Below the pieces are notes generated by a model, which was not told the DNA's origin, searched no databases, and saw nothing but the letters and a program-made list of their open reading frames with translations. 64,000 nucleotides of DNA from Vicinamibacteria bacterium (GTDB lineage: Bacteria; Acidobacteriota; Vicinamibacteria; Marinacidobacterales; Marinacidobacteraceae), in NCBI GenBank assembly GCA_964291235.2, contig OZ219816.1:1568001-1632000 (forward strand), read 5' to 3'. A program made the position numbers and the translations under genes. Positions 37,242-47,235 of the stretch are shown piece after piece (position 1 is the stretch's first letter; the number at the start of each line of letters is the position of its first letter).

Positions 37242-38507
37242 TCAGGTCACCGGGTTCCGGCGCTGGAAGCGGGAACTTTGGTACTCCCCCCCTGCCAACA
37301 CCTCCCGAAGCGCTTCAACGGCGTCCCAGACGTCCCGGTAGCGGACATAGAGCGGGGCAAAGCCGAACCGGAGGAGGTCGGGTTCGCGGAAGTCCCCGAC
37401 GATCCCCCGGGCGATAAGGGCCTGCATGACCGGATAGCCCTCCGGGTGTCGGAGGGAGACCTGGCTTCCCCGCTCGGCCGCGTTTGGCGGGCTCACCGCC
37501 TCGACACCGAACTCCCGGAGCCGCTCGTCGGCGAGACGCAAGAGGAGATCTCCGAGCGCCGCGCTCTTTTCCCGGAGCGCGACCATCTCGACTCCGTCGA
37601 ACGTCCGCAGTCCCTCTTCCAGCGTGATCATCGACACGATTCCCGGGGTCCCGGTGAGAAAGCGCCGCATTCCGGCCGCCGGCCGGTAACGTGTCTCGAA
37701 CTCGAAGGGGCTGCGGTGACCCATCCAGCCGGAAAGGGGCGTCTCCAATCCCTGCTGGAGTTCGCGCGCCACGTAGAGAAAACCGGGGGCGCCGGGGCCG
37801 CCGTTCAGGTACTTGTAGCCGCAGCCCACCGCGTATTCGACCCCGTCCTCGTTCAGCTCGAGGGGGAAAGCTCCGGCGCTGTGGCTCAGGTCCCAAACGA
37901 TGGGAACGCCGGCCGCCCGGGCGGCCGCGGTCAGGCGGCGGAGGTCGTGCTTCTTGCCCGTCCGGAAGTCCACCTGGGTCAGCGTGGCGACGGCCACCTC
38001 GGGCCCGAGCGCCGCCTCGAAATTCTGCGGGGCGACCAGCCGGAGTTCCGCTCCGCGCTCCCCTAGCAACCCGACAAGCCCCTCGGCCATGTAGAGATCG
38101 GTCGGGAAGTTGGTCTCCTCGGCCAGCACCACCCGCCGCGGACCGGGCCGGACAAGGAGCGCCCCGAGCAGTTTGAAGAGGTTCAGCGAGACCGAGTCGG
38201 CGGCGATCACCTCGTCCTCGCCGGCGCCGAGCAGCGGGGCGAGGCGCGCGCCGACCCGCTCGGGGAGCCGGAACCACCCGTGGCGGTTCCAGGAGGCGAT
38301 GAGATCGCCTCCCCATTCCTCGGCAATGAAGGCCGCGACCCGGGCTCGCATGGTTCGCGACGGAGGTCCCAGGGAGTTGCCGTCGAGGTAAACCACGCCC
38401 TCCGGGAGTTGAAAGCGTTCCCGAAACGAGCCGAGCCGGTCGGTCCGGTCCCGCTCCACGAAGTCCTCGCGGACGAGCGGCCTGCCGGCCGGCGGGTTCG
38501 AATCCAT
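37242..38507 (-). CDS. kynU: kynureninase
   Basis: YLDGNSLG, WDLSHSAG, GCGYKYLNGGPG and RGSQVS; true start is ATG 38507, not 42053. Confidence 0.95.
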   Translation of the reverse strand: MDSNPPAGRPLVREDFVERDRTDRLGSFRERFQLPEGVVYLDGNSLGPPSRTMRARVAAFIAEEWGGDLIASWNRHGWFRLPERVGARLAPLLGAGEDEVIAADSVSLNLFKLLGALLVRPGPRRVVLAEETNFPTDLYMAEGLVGLLGERGAELRLVAPQNFEAALGPEVAVATLTQVDFRTGKKHDLRRLTAAARAAGVPIVWDLSHSAGAFPLELNEDGVEYAVGCGYKYLNGGPGAPGFLYVARELQQGLETPLSGWMGHRSPFEFETRYRPAAGMRRFLTGTPGIVSMITLEEGLRTFDGVEMVALREKSAALGDLLLRLADERLREFGVEAVSPPNAAERGSQVSLRHPEGYPVMQALIARGIVGDFREPDLLRFGFAPLYVRYRDVWDAVEALREVLAGGEYQSSRFQRRNPVT

Positions 38508-38570
38508 GCGGGGATTATTCCGCCGGGAGGATCGTTCCCGACTACATTCACATCCCTTGGACCATTCCCG

Positions 38571-41500
38571 GTGACCTCTCCGCTCTCCCGTTTCGATCCC
38601 GCCGTCGCCGGCTGGTTCCGGGAGCGGTTCGAGGCGCCCACCGAGCCGCAGGCCCGGGGCTGGCCCGCGATCGCCCGGGGTGAGGACGTGCTGATAACGG
38701 CGCCGACCGGGTCGGGGAAGACGCTCGCCGCCTTTCTCTTCGCGGTGGACCGACTCACCCGCGAGGCGCGAAAGGGGCTTTTGTCCGACGAAACGCGCGT
38801 CATCTACGTCTCGCCGCTGAAGGCGCTGAGCGCCGACATCCGCCGAAACCTCGATGTTCCGCTCGCCGAAATCGCCGCCCGGGCCGAAACCGGCGGCGAA
38901 CCCCTCCCCCCGGTCCGCGCCGAGCTCCGCACCGGCGACACCCCCGCCGCCGAACGGGCCCGGATGACCCGGAAACCACCCCACATCCTGGTCACTACGC
39001 CGGAATCGCTCTACCTCCTGCTCACCGCCGCTCGCGGCCGCGCCCTGCTCCAAACCGCCGACACCGTGATCGTTGACGAGATCCACGCGCTCGCCCGCGA
39101 CAAGCGGGGGACGCACCTCGCGCTCTCGCTCGAACGCCTGGACCGCCTCGCCGGGCGCCGCCTCCAGCGCATCGGCCTCTCGGCGACGGTCCGGCCGGTG
39201 GCCGAGGTCGCCCGGTTCCTCAGCCCGCGGCTGCCGGAAGGGCCGACGGTGGTTCCGGTCGGACACCGGCGGGAAATGGACCTGGCGGTGGAGGTTCCGG
39301 ACACCGAGCTCGGGGCGGTCGCCACCCACGAGGTCATGGAGGACATCCGCGACCGCATCGCCGCGCTCATCGAAGCGCACGACACCACTCTGGTCTTCGT
39401 CAACACCCGGCGGATGGCGGAACGGCTGACCCACGTGCTGAGCGAACGCCTGCCCGAAGACGCGGTGCTCGCCCACCACGGGAGTCTCGCCAGGGAGGTT
39501 CGGCTCGAGGCCGAGCGCCGGCTCCACTCGGGTGCGGTGCGGGCCATCGTGGCGACCGCCTCGCTCGAACTCGGAATCGACATCGGCTCGGTGAACCTCG
39601 TGTGCCAGCTCGGCTCGCCCCGCTCCATCGCGGTCGCCCTCCAGCGGGTGGGCCGCTCCGGTCACTGGCTCGGCGCGATCCCGAAGGGACGCTTTTTCCC
39701 CGCGACCCGCGACGAGCTGGTCGAGTGCGCGGCGGTGCTGGCGGCGGTGGAGGCCGGCGACCTCGACCGGATCCGCATCCCCGACGCTCCGCTCGACATC
39801 CTCGCCCAGCAACTCGTGGCCGAGGCGGGCGCGGCGCCCGAAGACCGGCACGACCTCGACGGGTTGTTCGCCTTCGTGCGCGGCGCCTACCCCTACCGCA
39901 ACCTCGAACGCACGGCCTTCGACGAGGTGATCGGCATGCTCGCTGAAGGCGTCGCCACCGAGCGCGGACGGCGCGGCGCGTACCTGCACCGGGACTCGGT
40001 TTCCGGCACCGTGCGCGCTCGGCGGAACGCCCGGCTGGCAGCGCTCCAGAACGGCGGCGCGATTCCGGAAACGGCCCAGTACCAGGTGGTCGCCGAACCC
40101 GACGACCGCGTCGTCGGTCAGCTCGACGAGGATTTCGCCATCGAAAGCTACGCGGGCGACGTGTTCTTGTTGGGGACCACCTCGTGGCGCATCCGTCGGA
40201 TCGCCCAGGGGCAGGTCCGGGTGGAGGACGCCCAGGGCGCCGCGCCCACCATCCCCTTCTGGCGTGGCGAGGCGCCCGGGCGGACCGCCGAACTGAGCGC
40301 CCGGGTCGCGGGACTGCGCACCCGGGTGGACGAACTCCCACCGGCGGAGGCGCGAACGGAACTCGCAAACACATCCGGTCTTGGTTCCGCCGGCGCCGAC
40401 CAGGTCGTCCGCTACCTGGCTGCCGGGCGGGCCGCGCTCGGCGCGATGCCGAGTCAGCGGACGGTGGTCGCCGAGCGGTTCTTCGATGACTCGGGCGGCA
40501 TGCAACTCGTCATCCACGCCCCTTTCGGGAGCCGGATCAACCGGGCCTGGGGCCTCGCGCTCCGAAAGCGCTTCTGCCGCTCCTTCAACCTGGAACTGCA
40601 GGCGGCGGCCACCGACGACGGCATCGTGATTTCGCTCACCGATCTCCACTCCTTCCCGCTGGAGTCGGTCTTCTCGTTCCTGAAGCCGGAGACCCTGGAA
40701 CCGGTGCTGACCCAGGCGGTGCTCGGCGTGCCGCTCTTCGGCGCCCGCTGGCGCTGGACCGCTTCGCGGGCGCTCGCCGTCCCCCGCCGCCGGCACGGCC
40801 AGCGGGTGCCGCCGCCGATCCAGCGGATGCTCACCGATGACCTGCTGGCCGCGGTCTTTCCCGACCAGGCCGCCTGCGCGGAGAACCTGGCCGGGGAGGT
40901 CCGGGTCCCGAAGCATCCCCTGGTGGACGAGGCGCTCGCCGATTCGCTGCACGACGCGATGGACGTGGGCGGCCTCCGCCGGCTCCTCGAAGACATCCGG
41001 GAAGGCCGCGTGCGCACCGTGGCGGTGGACACCCCCGAGGCGTCGCCCTTCGCCGCCGAGATCCTGAACGCCAACCCGTTCGCCTTCCTCGACCCGGCGC
41101 CGCTCGAGGAGCGCCGTTCCCGGGCCGTGCGCATGCGCCGCTCGCTCCCGCCCGAACTCGATTCCGAGGCGGTCCTCGACCCGGAGGCCATCGAGCAGGC
41201 CCGCGCGGAAGCGGCGCCGCTGGTCCGGGACGCCGACGAACTCCACGACGCGCTGCTCACTCTGGGCGCCGCGCGGGAGACACCGGAATGGGCGACCTGG
41301 TTCTCCGAACTCGAGGCCGGCCGCCGCGCCGCCTCGTTCCCGGCAGGCGGGACTCGGCTCTGGGTGGCCATCGAGAGGGCGGATCTCGCCCGGGCGGTCT
41401 GGCCGGAGGCTTCCCTGCCCGCGGCCGAAGGGGGGGAGCCTTCCGGGATCCCGGACACCCGCGCCGGCGCGGCCGCGGCGGTGCTGCGCGGCGTGATGGA

Positions 41501-42818
41501 CTGCTCGGGGCCTCTCACCGCGGAGGCCCTCGCCGAGCGGCTCCTGATCCCCGAGCGCACGGTCACCGCGGCCCTCCAACTCCTCGAGGCCGAAGGGCTG
41601 CTGCTGCAGGGGCGTTTCGCGGGCGCGCCGGCGGGAACCGGATCCGTGGAGTGGTGCCACCGGCGGGTGCTGGCGCGCATCCACCGCCTCACCCTGGCGC
41701 GCCTTCGCCGTGAGTCGGCCCCGGTGAGCGCCGCCGCCTTCCTCGAATTCCTGGCCGGGTGGCAGCACGCGACGGCCGAGACCCGCCTCCACGGACCGCG
41801 CGGGGTCCGGGAGGTGGTCGCCCAGCTCCAGGGGCTCGAAGCGCCGGCGGCGGCGTGGGAATCCCAGCTCCTGCCGCTCAGGGTCGCCGGCTACCGCCGC
41901 GACTGGCTGGACGAGAACTGTTTTTCGGGCGAGGTCGTCTGGGGCCGGACCTCGGTTCCGGAAACATCCGCGAACGGGAATCCCACAACCCGCCTCCCCA
42001 CCCGGCCCACCCGGGCGGCCCCCATCGGACTGCTGCTGCGGAGCGACCTCCACCGCTGGCTGCCGGCGCGCCCCGAGGACCGCTCCGGCCTCTCTGCGGC
42101 GGCGGCCAAGGTCCTCGAACTCCTCGAACGCGGCGGAGCGCAGTTCTTCACCGAACTGCGGGAACGCGCCGGACTCCTGCCCGCGGCGGTCGAGGACGCG
42201 CTCTGGGAGCTGACTGCCGGCGGCTGGGTGACCGCGGACGGCTTTGACAACCTGCGGGCGCTGATGGACCCGCGGCGGCGCACCGCCTACGGGCGCTACC
42301 GGCGGCGGAAGGCGCGCTACTCAGCGGGCCGCTGGGCGGTGCTGGCGCCGCCCGCCCGCGAGGGGGGAAAACCCTCGGATCACGAAGCAGTTGCACGCCA
42401 ACTCCTCCGGCGCTGGGGGGTGGTGTTCCGTGACCTGCTGAAGCGGGAGCGAATCGCTTCGCGCTGGCGCGACCTCCAACTCGTCCTGCGCCGGCTCGAG
42501 ATGCGCGGAGAGGTGTTAGGAGGCCAGTTCGTCTCCACGTTCCCCGGCGAGCAGTTCGCCCTCGAGGAAGCCGTCGCTCCGCTGCGCCGCGCGGGCAAGA
42601 GCGGGAGCGAGCCGGCGCCGGGACTGACCATCGGCGCCGCCGACCCGCTGAACCTGTCCGGAATCCTGATCCCCGGCGCCCGGATTCCCATCACTTCCTC
42701 CGACAATCTCGTTCTTGAAAACGGCGTGGTGACGCCGGCGGGAAAGGCCCCGATTCGGGCCGAGGCCGAACGGCGCTCGACCGGAAGCTCCGGAACCCGG
42801 GCGGCGCCGCCGAACTGA
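38571..42818 (+). CDS. lhr: Lhr family DEAD/H-box helicase with long C-terminal domain
   Basis: APTGSGKT, SPLKAL, RTGDT, TTPESL, DEIH, SAT, SLELGIDIG and QRVGRSGH. Confidence 0.92.
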   Translation: MTSPLSRFDPAVAGWFRERFEAPTEPQARGWPAIARGEDVLITAPTGSGKTLAAFLFAVDRLTREARKGLLSDETRVIYVSPLKALSADIRRNLDVPLAEIAARAETGGEPLPPVRAELRTGDTPAAERARMTRKPPHILVTTPESLYLLLTAARGRALLQTADTVIVDEIHALARDKRGTHLALSLERLDRLAGRRLQRIGLSATVRPVAEVARFLSPRLPEGPTVVPVGHRREMDLAVEVPDTELGAVATHEVMEDIRDRIAALIEAHDTTLVFVNTRRMAERLTHVLSERLPEDAVLAHHGSLAREVRLEAERRLHSGAVRAIVATASLELGIDIGSVNLVCQLGSPRSIAVALQRVGRSGHWLGAIPKGRFFPATRDELVECAAVLAAVEAGDLDRIRIPDAPLDILAQQLVAEAGAAPEDRHDLDGLFAFVRGAYPYRNLERTAFDEVIGMLAEGVATERGRRGAYLHRDSVSGTVRARRNARLAALQNGGAIPETAQYQVVAEPDDRVVGQLDEDFAIESYAGDVFLLGTTSWRIRRIAQGQVRVEDAQGAAPTIPFWRGEAPGRTAELSARVAGLRTRVDELPPAEARTELANTSGLGSAGADQVVRYLAAGRAALGAMPSQRTVVAERFFDDSGGMQLVIHAPFGSRINRAWGLALRKRFCRSFNLELQAAATDDGIVISLTDLHSFPLESVFSFLKPETLEPVLTQAVLGVPLFGARWRWTASRALAVPRRRHGQRVPPPIQRMLTDDLLAAVFPDQAACAENLAGEVRVPKHPLVDEALADSLHDAMDVGGLRRLLEDIREGRVRTVAVDTPEASPFAAEILNANPFAFLDPAPLEERRSRAVRMRRSLPPELDSEAVLDPEAIEQARAEAAPLVRDADELHDALLTLGAARETPEWATWFSELEAGRRAASFPAGGTRLWVAIERADLARAVWPEASLPAAEGGEPSGIPDTRAGAAAAVLRGVMDCSGPLTAEALAERLLIPERTVTAALQLLEAEGLLLQGRFAGAPAGTGSVEWCHRRVLARIHRLTLARLRRESAPVSAAAFLEFLAGWQHATAETRLHGPRGVREVVAQLQGLEAPAAAWESQLLPLRVAGYRRDWLDENCFSGEVVWGRTSVPETSANGNPTTRLPTRPTRAAPIGLLLRSDLHRWLPARPEDRSGLSAAAAKVLELLERGGAQFFTELRERAGLLPAAVEDALWELTAGGWVTADGFDNLRALMDPRRRTAYGRYRRRKARYSAGRWAVLAPPAREGGKPSDHEAVARQLLRRWGVVFRDLLKRERIASRWRDLQLVLRRLEMRGEVLGGQFVSTFPGEQFALEEAVAPLRRAGKSGSEPAPGLTIGAADPLNLSGILIPGARIPITSSDNLVLENGVVTPAGKAPIRAEAERRSTGSSGTRAAPPN

Positions 42819-42824
42819 GGTGCC

Positions 42825-44048
42825 GTGAAGCTGCCTCCCGTGGATCAGGCCCGGGGGGCCTTCCGGCAACGTTTCGGCCGCTCGCCCGAGGGAGTCGCCT
42901 TCGCACCGGGCCGGGTGAACCTCATCGGGGAGCACGTGGACTACTGCGGGCTACCGGTGCTGCCGGCGGCGCTCGGCCGCGGGGTCGCGCTCGCCTTCGC
43001 ACCGCGGATGGACGCCCGGATCCGCTGTCTGAGCACCGCGTCCGAATACGGCGAAGTTGATTTCCCGCTGGAGTCCGATCCCCCTCGCCAGGGCTTCGGC
43101 CGCTACCTCAGCGCCGCGGCGGACGGCCTCACCGCCGGCGGCTGGACCGCCGCACACGCTGGATTCGACGGCGTGCTGGCGTCCGACCTGCCAGCCGCAG
43201 CGGGACTCTCCTCCTCGTCGGCGCTGGTGATCGCCGGCGCGTTCGCGCTGCTCGCCGTCCGCGGCCGTCTCGCTGCCGGGGAAACACTGTCGCGCGAGGA
43301 AGCGATGCGCCTGGCGCTCGACCTCGCGGAAGCGGAGCACGGCGTCGCCATCCAGGGCGGCGCGATGGACCAGTCCATCTGCCTGGGCGGCGTCCCCGGA
43401 CACGCGCTCCACATCGCCTTCGATCCGCCGCAATGGACTTCGGTTTCCGTGGACCCGGACCGTTTCCGCCTGCTGGTCGCCTACAGCGGCGAGCGGGCCG
43501 ACAAGGGCGCGGCGGCGGGGCGTATCTTCGACGAACGGGTCCGGCAGGCGCGCGAGGCGCTCCTGGCCGCCCGGGAGTTCTTCCCGGATGCGGCGGGTTG
43601 TCCGGCGCTCGTCGCGAATCACTCCCCGGAGGAGTTGGCGGCCGCGGCGGACCGGCTGCCCCCGCCGCTCGACGGCCGGTTCCGCCACGTCACCAGCGAG
43701 GCGCATCGAACGACCGCCGCGATCCGTTGCCTTCAAACGGGTGACGCCGCGGCTCTCGGAGCCCTGCTCGACGCGTCTCACCAGAGCCTCCGGCGCGACT
43801 ACGGAGTGAGCACGCCAGATCTCGACGCCCTGGTGGAAGGGGCGCGGGCGGGCGGCGCACTCGGAGCCCGGCTCACCGGCGCCGGACTCGGGGGGTCCAC
43901 GGTGATCCTCGCGCCGCCCGGCCGGGAGGAGACCATCCGGCAGCACCTCACCGAGCGCTACTACCGCCCGCGCGGCATCTCTGCCCCCGGGGACACCCAC
44001 CTGGTGGACGGCACGCCCTCCGGGCCGGCCGCCCTGCTCCCGGCCTGA
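42825..44048 (+). CDS. galK: galactokinase family (GHMP) kinase
   Basis: APGRVNLIGEHVDY, GLSSSSAL, MDQ and GARLTGAG. Confidence 0.85.
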   Translation: MKLPPVDQARGAFRQRFGRSPEGVAFAPGRVNLIGEHVDYCGLPVLPAALGRGVALAFAPRMDARIRCLSTASEYGEVDFPLESDPPRQGFGRYLSAAADGLTAGGWTAAHAGFDGVLASDLPAAAGLSSSSALVIAGAFALLAVRGRLAAGETLSREEAMRLALDLAEAEHGVAIQGGAMDQSICLGGVPGHALHIAFDPPQWTSVSVDPDRFRLLVAYSGERADKGAAAGRIFDERVRQAREALLAAREFFPDAAGCPALVANHSPEELAAAADRLPPPLDGRFRHVTSEAHRTTAAIRCLQTGDAAALGALLDASHQSLRRDYGVSTPDLDALVEGARAGGALGARLTGAGLGGSTVILAPPGREETIRQHLTERYYRPRGISAPGDTHLVDGTPSGPAALLPA

Positions 44049-44052
44049 GCGA

Positions 44053-47000
44053 TCAGGCGGCCGAGCCGCGCCGTGCCAGCGTCCCGGTCAGGTCGCTCGC
44101 CAGGCTGTAGAGGACCGGAACCAGAAACAGCGTGACGAGCGTGGCGAAGGCCACCCCAAAAGCCAGCGACACCGCCATCGGGATCAACAGGGCCGCCTGG
44201 TAGCTCCGTTCGGCGAGCAACGGAGTCACGCCCGCACAGGTGGTCACCGAAGTGAGGATGATGGCCCGGAAGCGCGCCGGTCCCGAGGCGAACGCCGCTT
44301 CGCGCGCCGAAAGCCCCCGAGCCCGGTCCCGGTTGCTGAAATCGAGCATCACGAGAGCGTCGTTGACCACGATCCCGATCAGCGGCGCCATTCCGAAGAA
44401 GCTCATCATGTCGAGATTGATGCCCATGATGAAGTGCCCGAACACGGCACCGGCGAGCCCGAACGGGATCGCCGCCAGGATGACGAACGGCTGGGTCCAC
44501 GACCCCAGCGGAATCGCAAGCAGCACGAAAATGAGAATCACCGCCAACAACCCGCTGCGTCCGAGGGCTGCCTGGCTTTCCTCGGCCTCCGCCGCCAACC
44601 CCGCCACCGCGAATTCGTATCCCGGAAAGCGCTCGCGAAGCTCGGGCAACACGTCGTTCCGGACTCGCGCGATGACGGCGTCCGGAGTCGCCACCCGTCC
44701 GTCCACACTGGCGAGGACCGTAACCGCCCGCAACGAGTCCACCCGGCGAATGACGGATTGTCCACTCGTCCGGGAGACCTCGGCGATCTCGCCGAGGGAG
44801 GTCACCCGGCCGTCCGGCCGGCGGACGGGCAGTTCGGCTATTCCCAGGACTCCCCCGGACTCGGCGCGTGGATAGCGGAGCACCACCCGCACCTCGTCGC
44901 GGCCGCGATGCAACCGCGCGACGTCCTCACCGTGAAAGGCCTGCCGGACCTGGCGGCCCGCGGTCCCGGCATCGATTCCGGTTCCGGCTCCACCGGGCCG
45001 AACCCGAGCCACCAACCCCGGGGCCTCACCCTCGAAGTCGTCGAGAACGAGCGTCACCCCGGGTTGTTCGCCGAGCCGGGCCTGGAGCGCTTCCGACGCC
45101 TCCACCAGCCCCTCGAAATCAGGGCCGCGGATCCGGAAGGAAACATCCGCCGCCTGGCCGAAGGCGTCGCTGATCACGGACACCTCGGCGTCCACCGGCG
45201 CCGACCGCAGCCGTTCCCTGACCCGGTCCGCAACACCGCGGGTCGGTATTCCCGCGCGGTCCTCCTGGGGGCTGAGACGCCAGACGACCTGGCCGATCGC
45301 CGGGCCCACCGCACCGGACTGCCCACCGAAGGACTCGCCGACCCCGATCGGAAAACGCTGGCCCACCAGCACCACCCGGTGACGCTGCACATCCACTCCG
45401 GACTCCTGCCGAATGTCCTCGCGCACCCGGTCAACCACCGCGTCCAGCGAAGCAACGACGTTGCGGGTGGTGTCCGACGTCGCCTCCGCCGGCAGCGTCA
45501 CCTGCAGATTGACGATGTTGTTGTCCATGGGTGAGCTCGTCACGACCTGCACCCAACCGCCCGCCGTCAGTCCGAAGGCGAGGAATATCGCGAAGACGCC
45601 CAGCATCAGGGTCGCCAGCCGGTTGCCGAGGGCCCAACCGAGCGCCGGGCGGTAGATCGTGTCCACGGTCCAGTCGAATCCCGACTGGATTGCGCCGCGG
45701 ATCCGGGCCAGCCGGCGGCTCGGTCGCACGGCCACGCCACCGTGCGCCAGGTGGTGCGGGAGGATCAGGGCCGCTTCGATGAGGGAAAACGCCAGGATCG
45801 GAAGCACCATGCGCGGTACGTCGCCGATGAGTTCGCCAAAGACACCCGGGATTCCGAGGAGCGGGGCAACGGCGGCCATCGTGGTCAGCACCCCGAACGC
45901 CGCCGGGAAGAAGACGCGCCGGGTGCCGCGGATCGCCGCCTCTTCCGGGCTCACTCCGCCCCTCCCCACCCGCCGCTGGATGTCCTCGCCGACCACGATC
46001 GCATCGTCCACCACGATGCCGAGGGCCATGATGAACCCGAACATGCTCATCAGGTTCACCGTGACCCCGAGCCAGGGCATCAACAGGAAGGCGCCAAAGA
46101 AGGTGAACGGAAGTCCAGCGGCGGTCCAGACCGCCAGGCGGGTCGAGAGAGTGAAGAAGAGGACGACAAAGATGAGCCCCAGGCCGGCGATCCCGTTCCG
46201 GATCATGAGGTCGAGCCGGTCCTGGAAGTCGTCGGACGCGAAGTACCAGGGCGTCGCCCGGATGCCTTCCGGAAGCGGGATCTCCCGGATGGCCTCGCGA
46301 GCCCTCTCGGTGGTCTCCGCCAGGCGGCCACTGTCCCTCAGACCCACGGTCAGAAAGACCGCCGGCTCCCCGTTCATCGAGGCTTCCCGATCCGATTCAT
46401 CCAGGCCGTCGGTCACTGTCGCCACCTGACCCAGGCGGACGCTTCCGCCCCCCGGGACGGCGATGAGCGGGATCCTCCCGAAGTCTTCGGCGGTCACCGC
46501 CGCGCCTTCGGTCCTCAGCCGCAGTTCGTGAGCCCCGCTGCGGGCCGTGCCGGCGGGAATCTCCGCCGAGCCCGCGCGCACCGCGGCCGCCACCTGATCG
46601 AACGTCAGCCCGAAACGGGTCAGGTTCGCCTCAGGGATCTCGATCCTGAGTTCCCGATCCCACCCGGTCAGGCGCTCCACACTGGAGACCCCGCGGACTC
46701 CGGCAACGGCGTCCTGGACCCGGCGGGCCGCCTCGTGGAGATCCCGGGCGCCCGCCATGCCGTGCACGGCGATCCGGAATATCTCCTGGTACTCGGCGAT
46801 TTCGGACACCACGGGGTCCTCGACATCGCTCGGCAGGATGGTGAGCGATCCCACCCGCTCCCGCACCGTGTCCCCGATCGGGCGGATATCCGCCCCGGCT
46901 TCCAGGACGAGCGTCAGCGCCGCCACATCGTCCATGGCGAGGCCCGTCGTTTCGCGCACGCCCTCGATGCCCCGCAGTCCCTCTTCGAGCGGGACCAGGA

Positions 47001-47214
47001 CCCGAGACTCCACCACGTCTGCCTCGGCTCCCGGCAGCACTACCCGCACCACGATGGCGGGGGAAGAGGTCTCCGGCAGGAGTTGCTGCGGGACCCCGCC
47101 AAGCGCGATGTACCCGGCCAGACAGACGCCGAAGAAGATCAGGTTCGCGGCGACCCGGTTCCGCACGAACCAGGCGATGACGCCGGTGGAGCCACCGTCA
47201 CCGACCCGAATCAC
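44053..47214 (-). CDS. RND efflux transporter permease (AcrB/D/F family)
   Basis: About 1050 aa; ALGIVVDDAIVVGE, GIVVNDALV and RFRAIILTSVTT. Confidence 0.93.
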   Translation of the reverse strand: MIRVGDGGSTGVIAWFVRNRVAANLIFFGVCLAGYIALGGVPQQLLPETSSPAIVVRVVLPGAEADVVESRVLVPLEEGLRGIEGVRETTGLAMDDVAALTLVLEAGADIRPIGDTVRERVGSLTILPSDVEDPVVSEIAEYQEIFRIAVHGMAGARDLHEAARRVQDAVAGVRGVSSVERLTGWDRELRIEIPEANLTRFGLTFDQVAAAVRAGSAEIPAGTARSGAHELRLRTEGAAVTAEDFGRIPLIAVPGGGSVRLGQVATVTDGLDESDREASMNGEPAVFLTVGLRDSGRLAETTERAREAIREIPLPEGIRATPWYFASDDFQDRLDLMIRNGIAGLGLIFVVLFFTLSTRLAVWTAAGLPFTFFGAFLLMPWLGVTVNLMSMFGFIMALGIVVDDAIVVGEDIQRRVGRGGVSPEEAAIRGTRRVFFPAAFGVLTTMAAVAPLLGIPGVFGELIGDVPRMVLPILAFSLIEAALILPHHLAHGGVAVRPSRRLARIRGAIQSGFDWTVDTIYRPALGWALGNRLATLMLGVFAIFLAFGLTAGGWVQVVTSSPMDNNIVNLQVTLPAEATSDTTRNVVASLDAVVDRVREDIRQESGVDVQRHRVVLVGQRFPIGVGESFGGQSGAVGPAIGQVVWRLSPQEDRAGIPTRGVADRVRERLRSAPVDAEVSVISDAFGQAADVSFRIRGPDFEGLVEASEALQARLGEQPGVTLVLDDFEGEAPGLVARVRPGGAGTGIDAGTAGRQVRQAFHGEDVARLHRGRDEVRVVLRYPRAESGGVLGIAELPVRRPDGRVTSLGEIAEVSRTSGQSVIRRVDSLRAVTVLASVDGRVATPDAVIARVRNDVLPELRERFPGYEFAVAGLAAEAEESQAALGRSGLLAVILIFVLLAIPLGSWTQPFVILAAIPFGLAGAVFGHFIMGINLDMMSFFGMAPLIGIVVNDALVMLDFSNRDRARGLSAREAAFASGPARFRAIILTSVTTCAGVTPLLAERSYQAALLIPMAVSLAFGVAFATLVTLFLVPVLYSLASDLTGTLARRGSAA

Positions 47215-47235
47215 GGCAGCCAGAGGAACGTTTCC

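Noticed and set aside
38508-42053. 1603-aa minus-strand ORF suggesting a giant kynureninase fusion
   Set aside because: The N-terminal ~1180 aa are the antisense shadow of lhr; kynureninase motifs begin only after ATG 38507.
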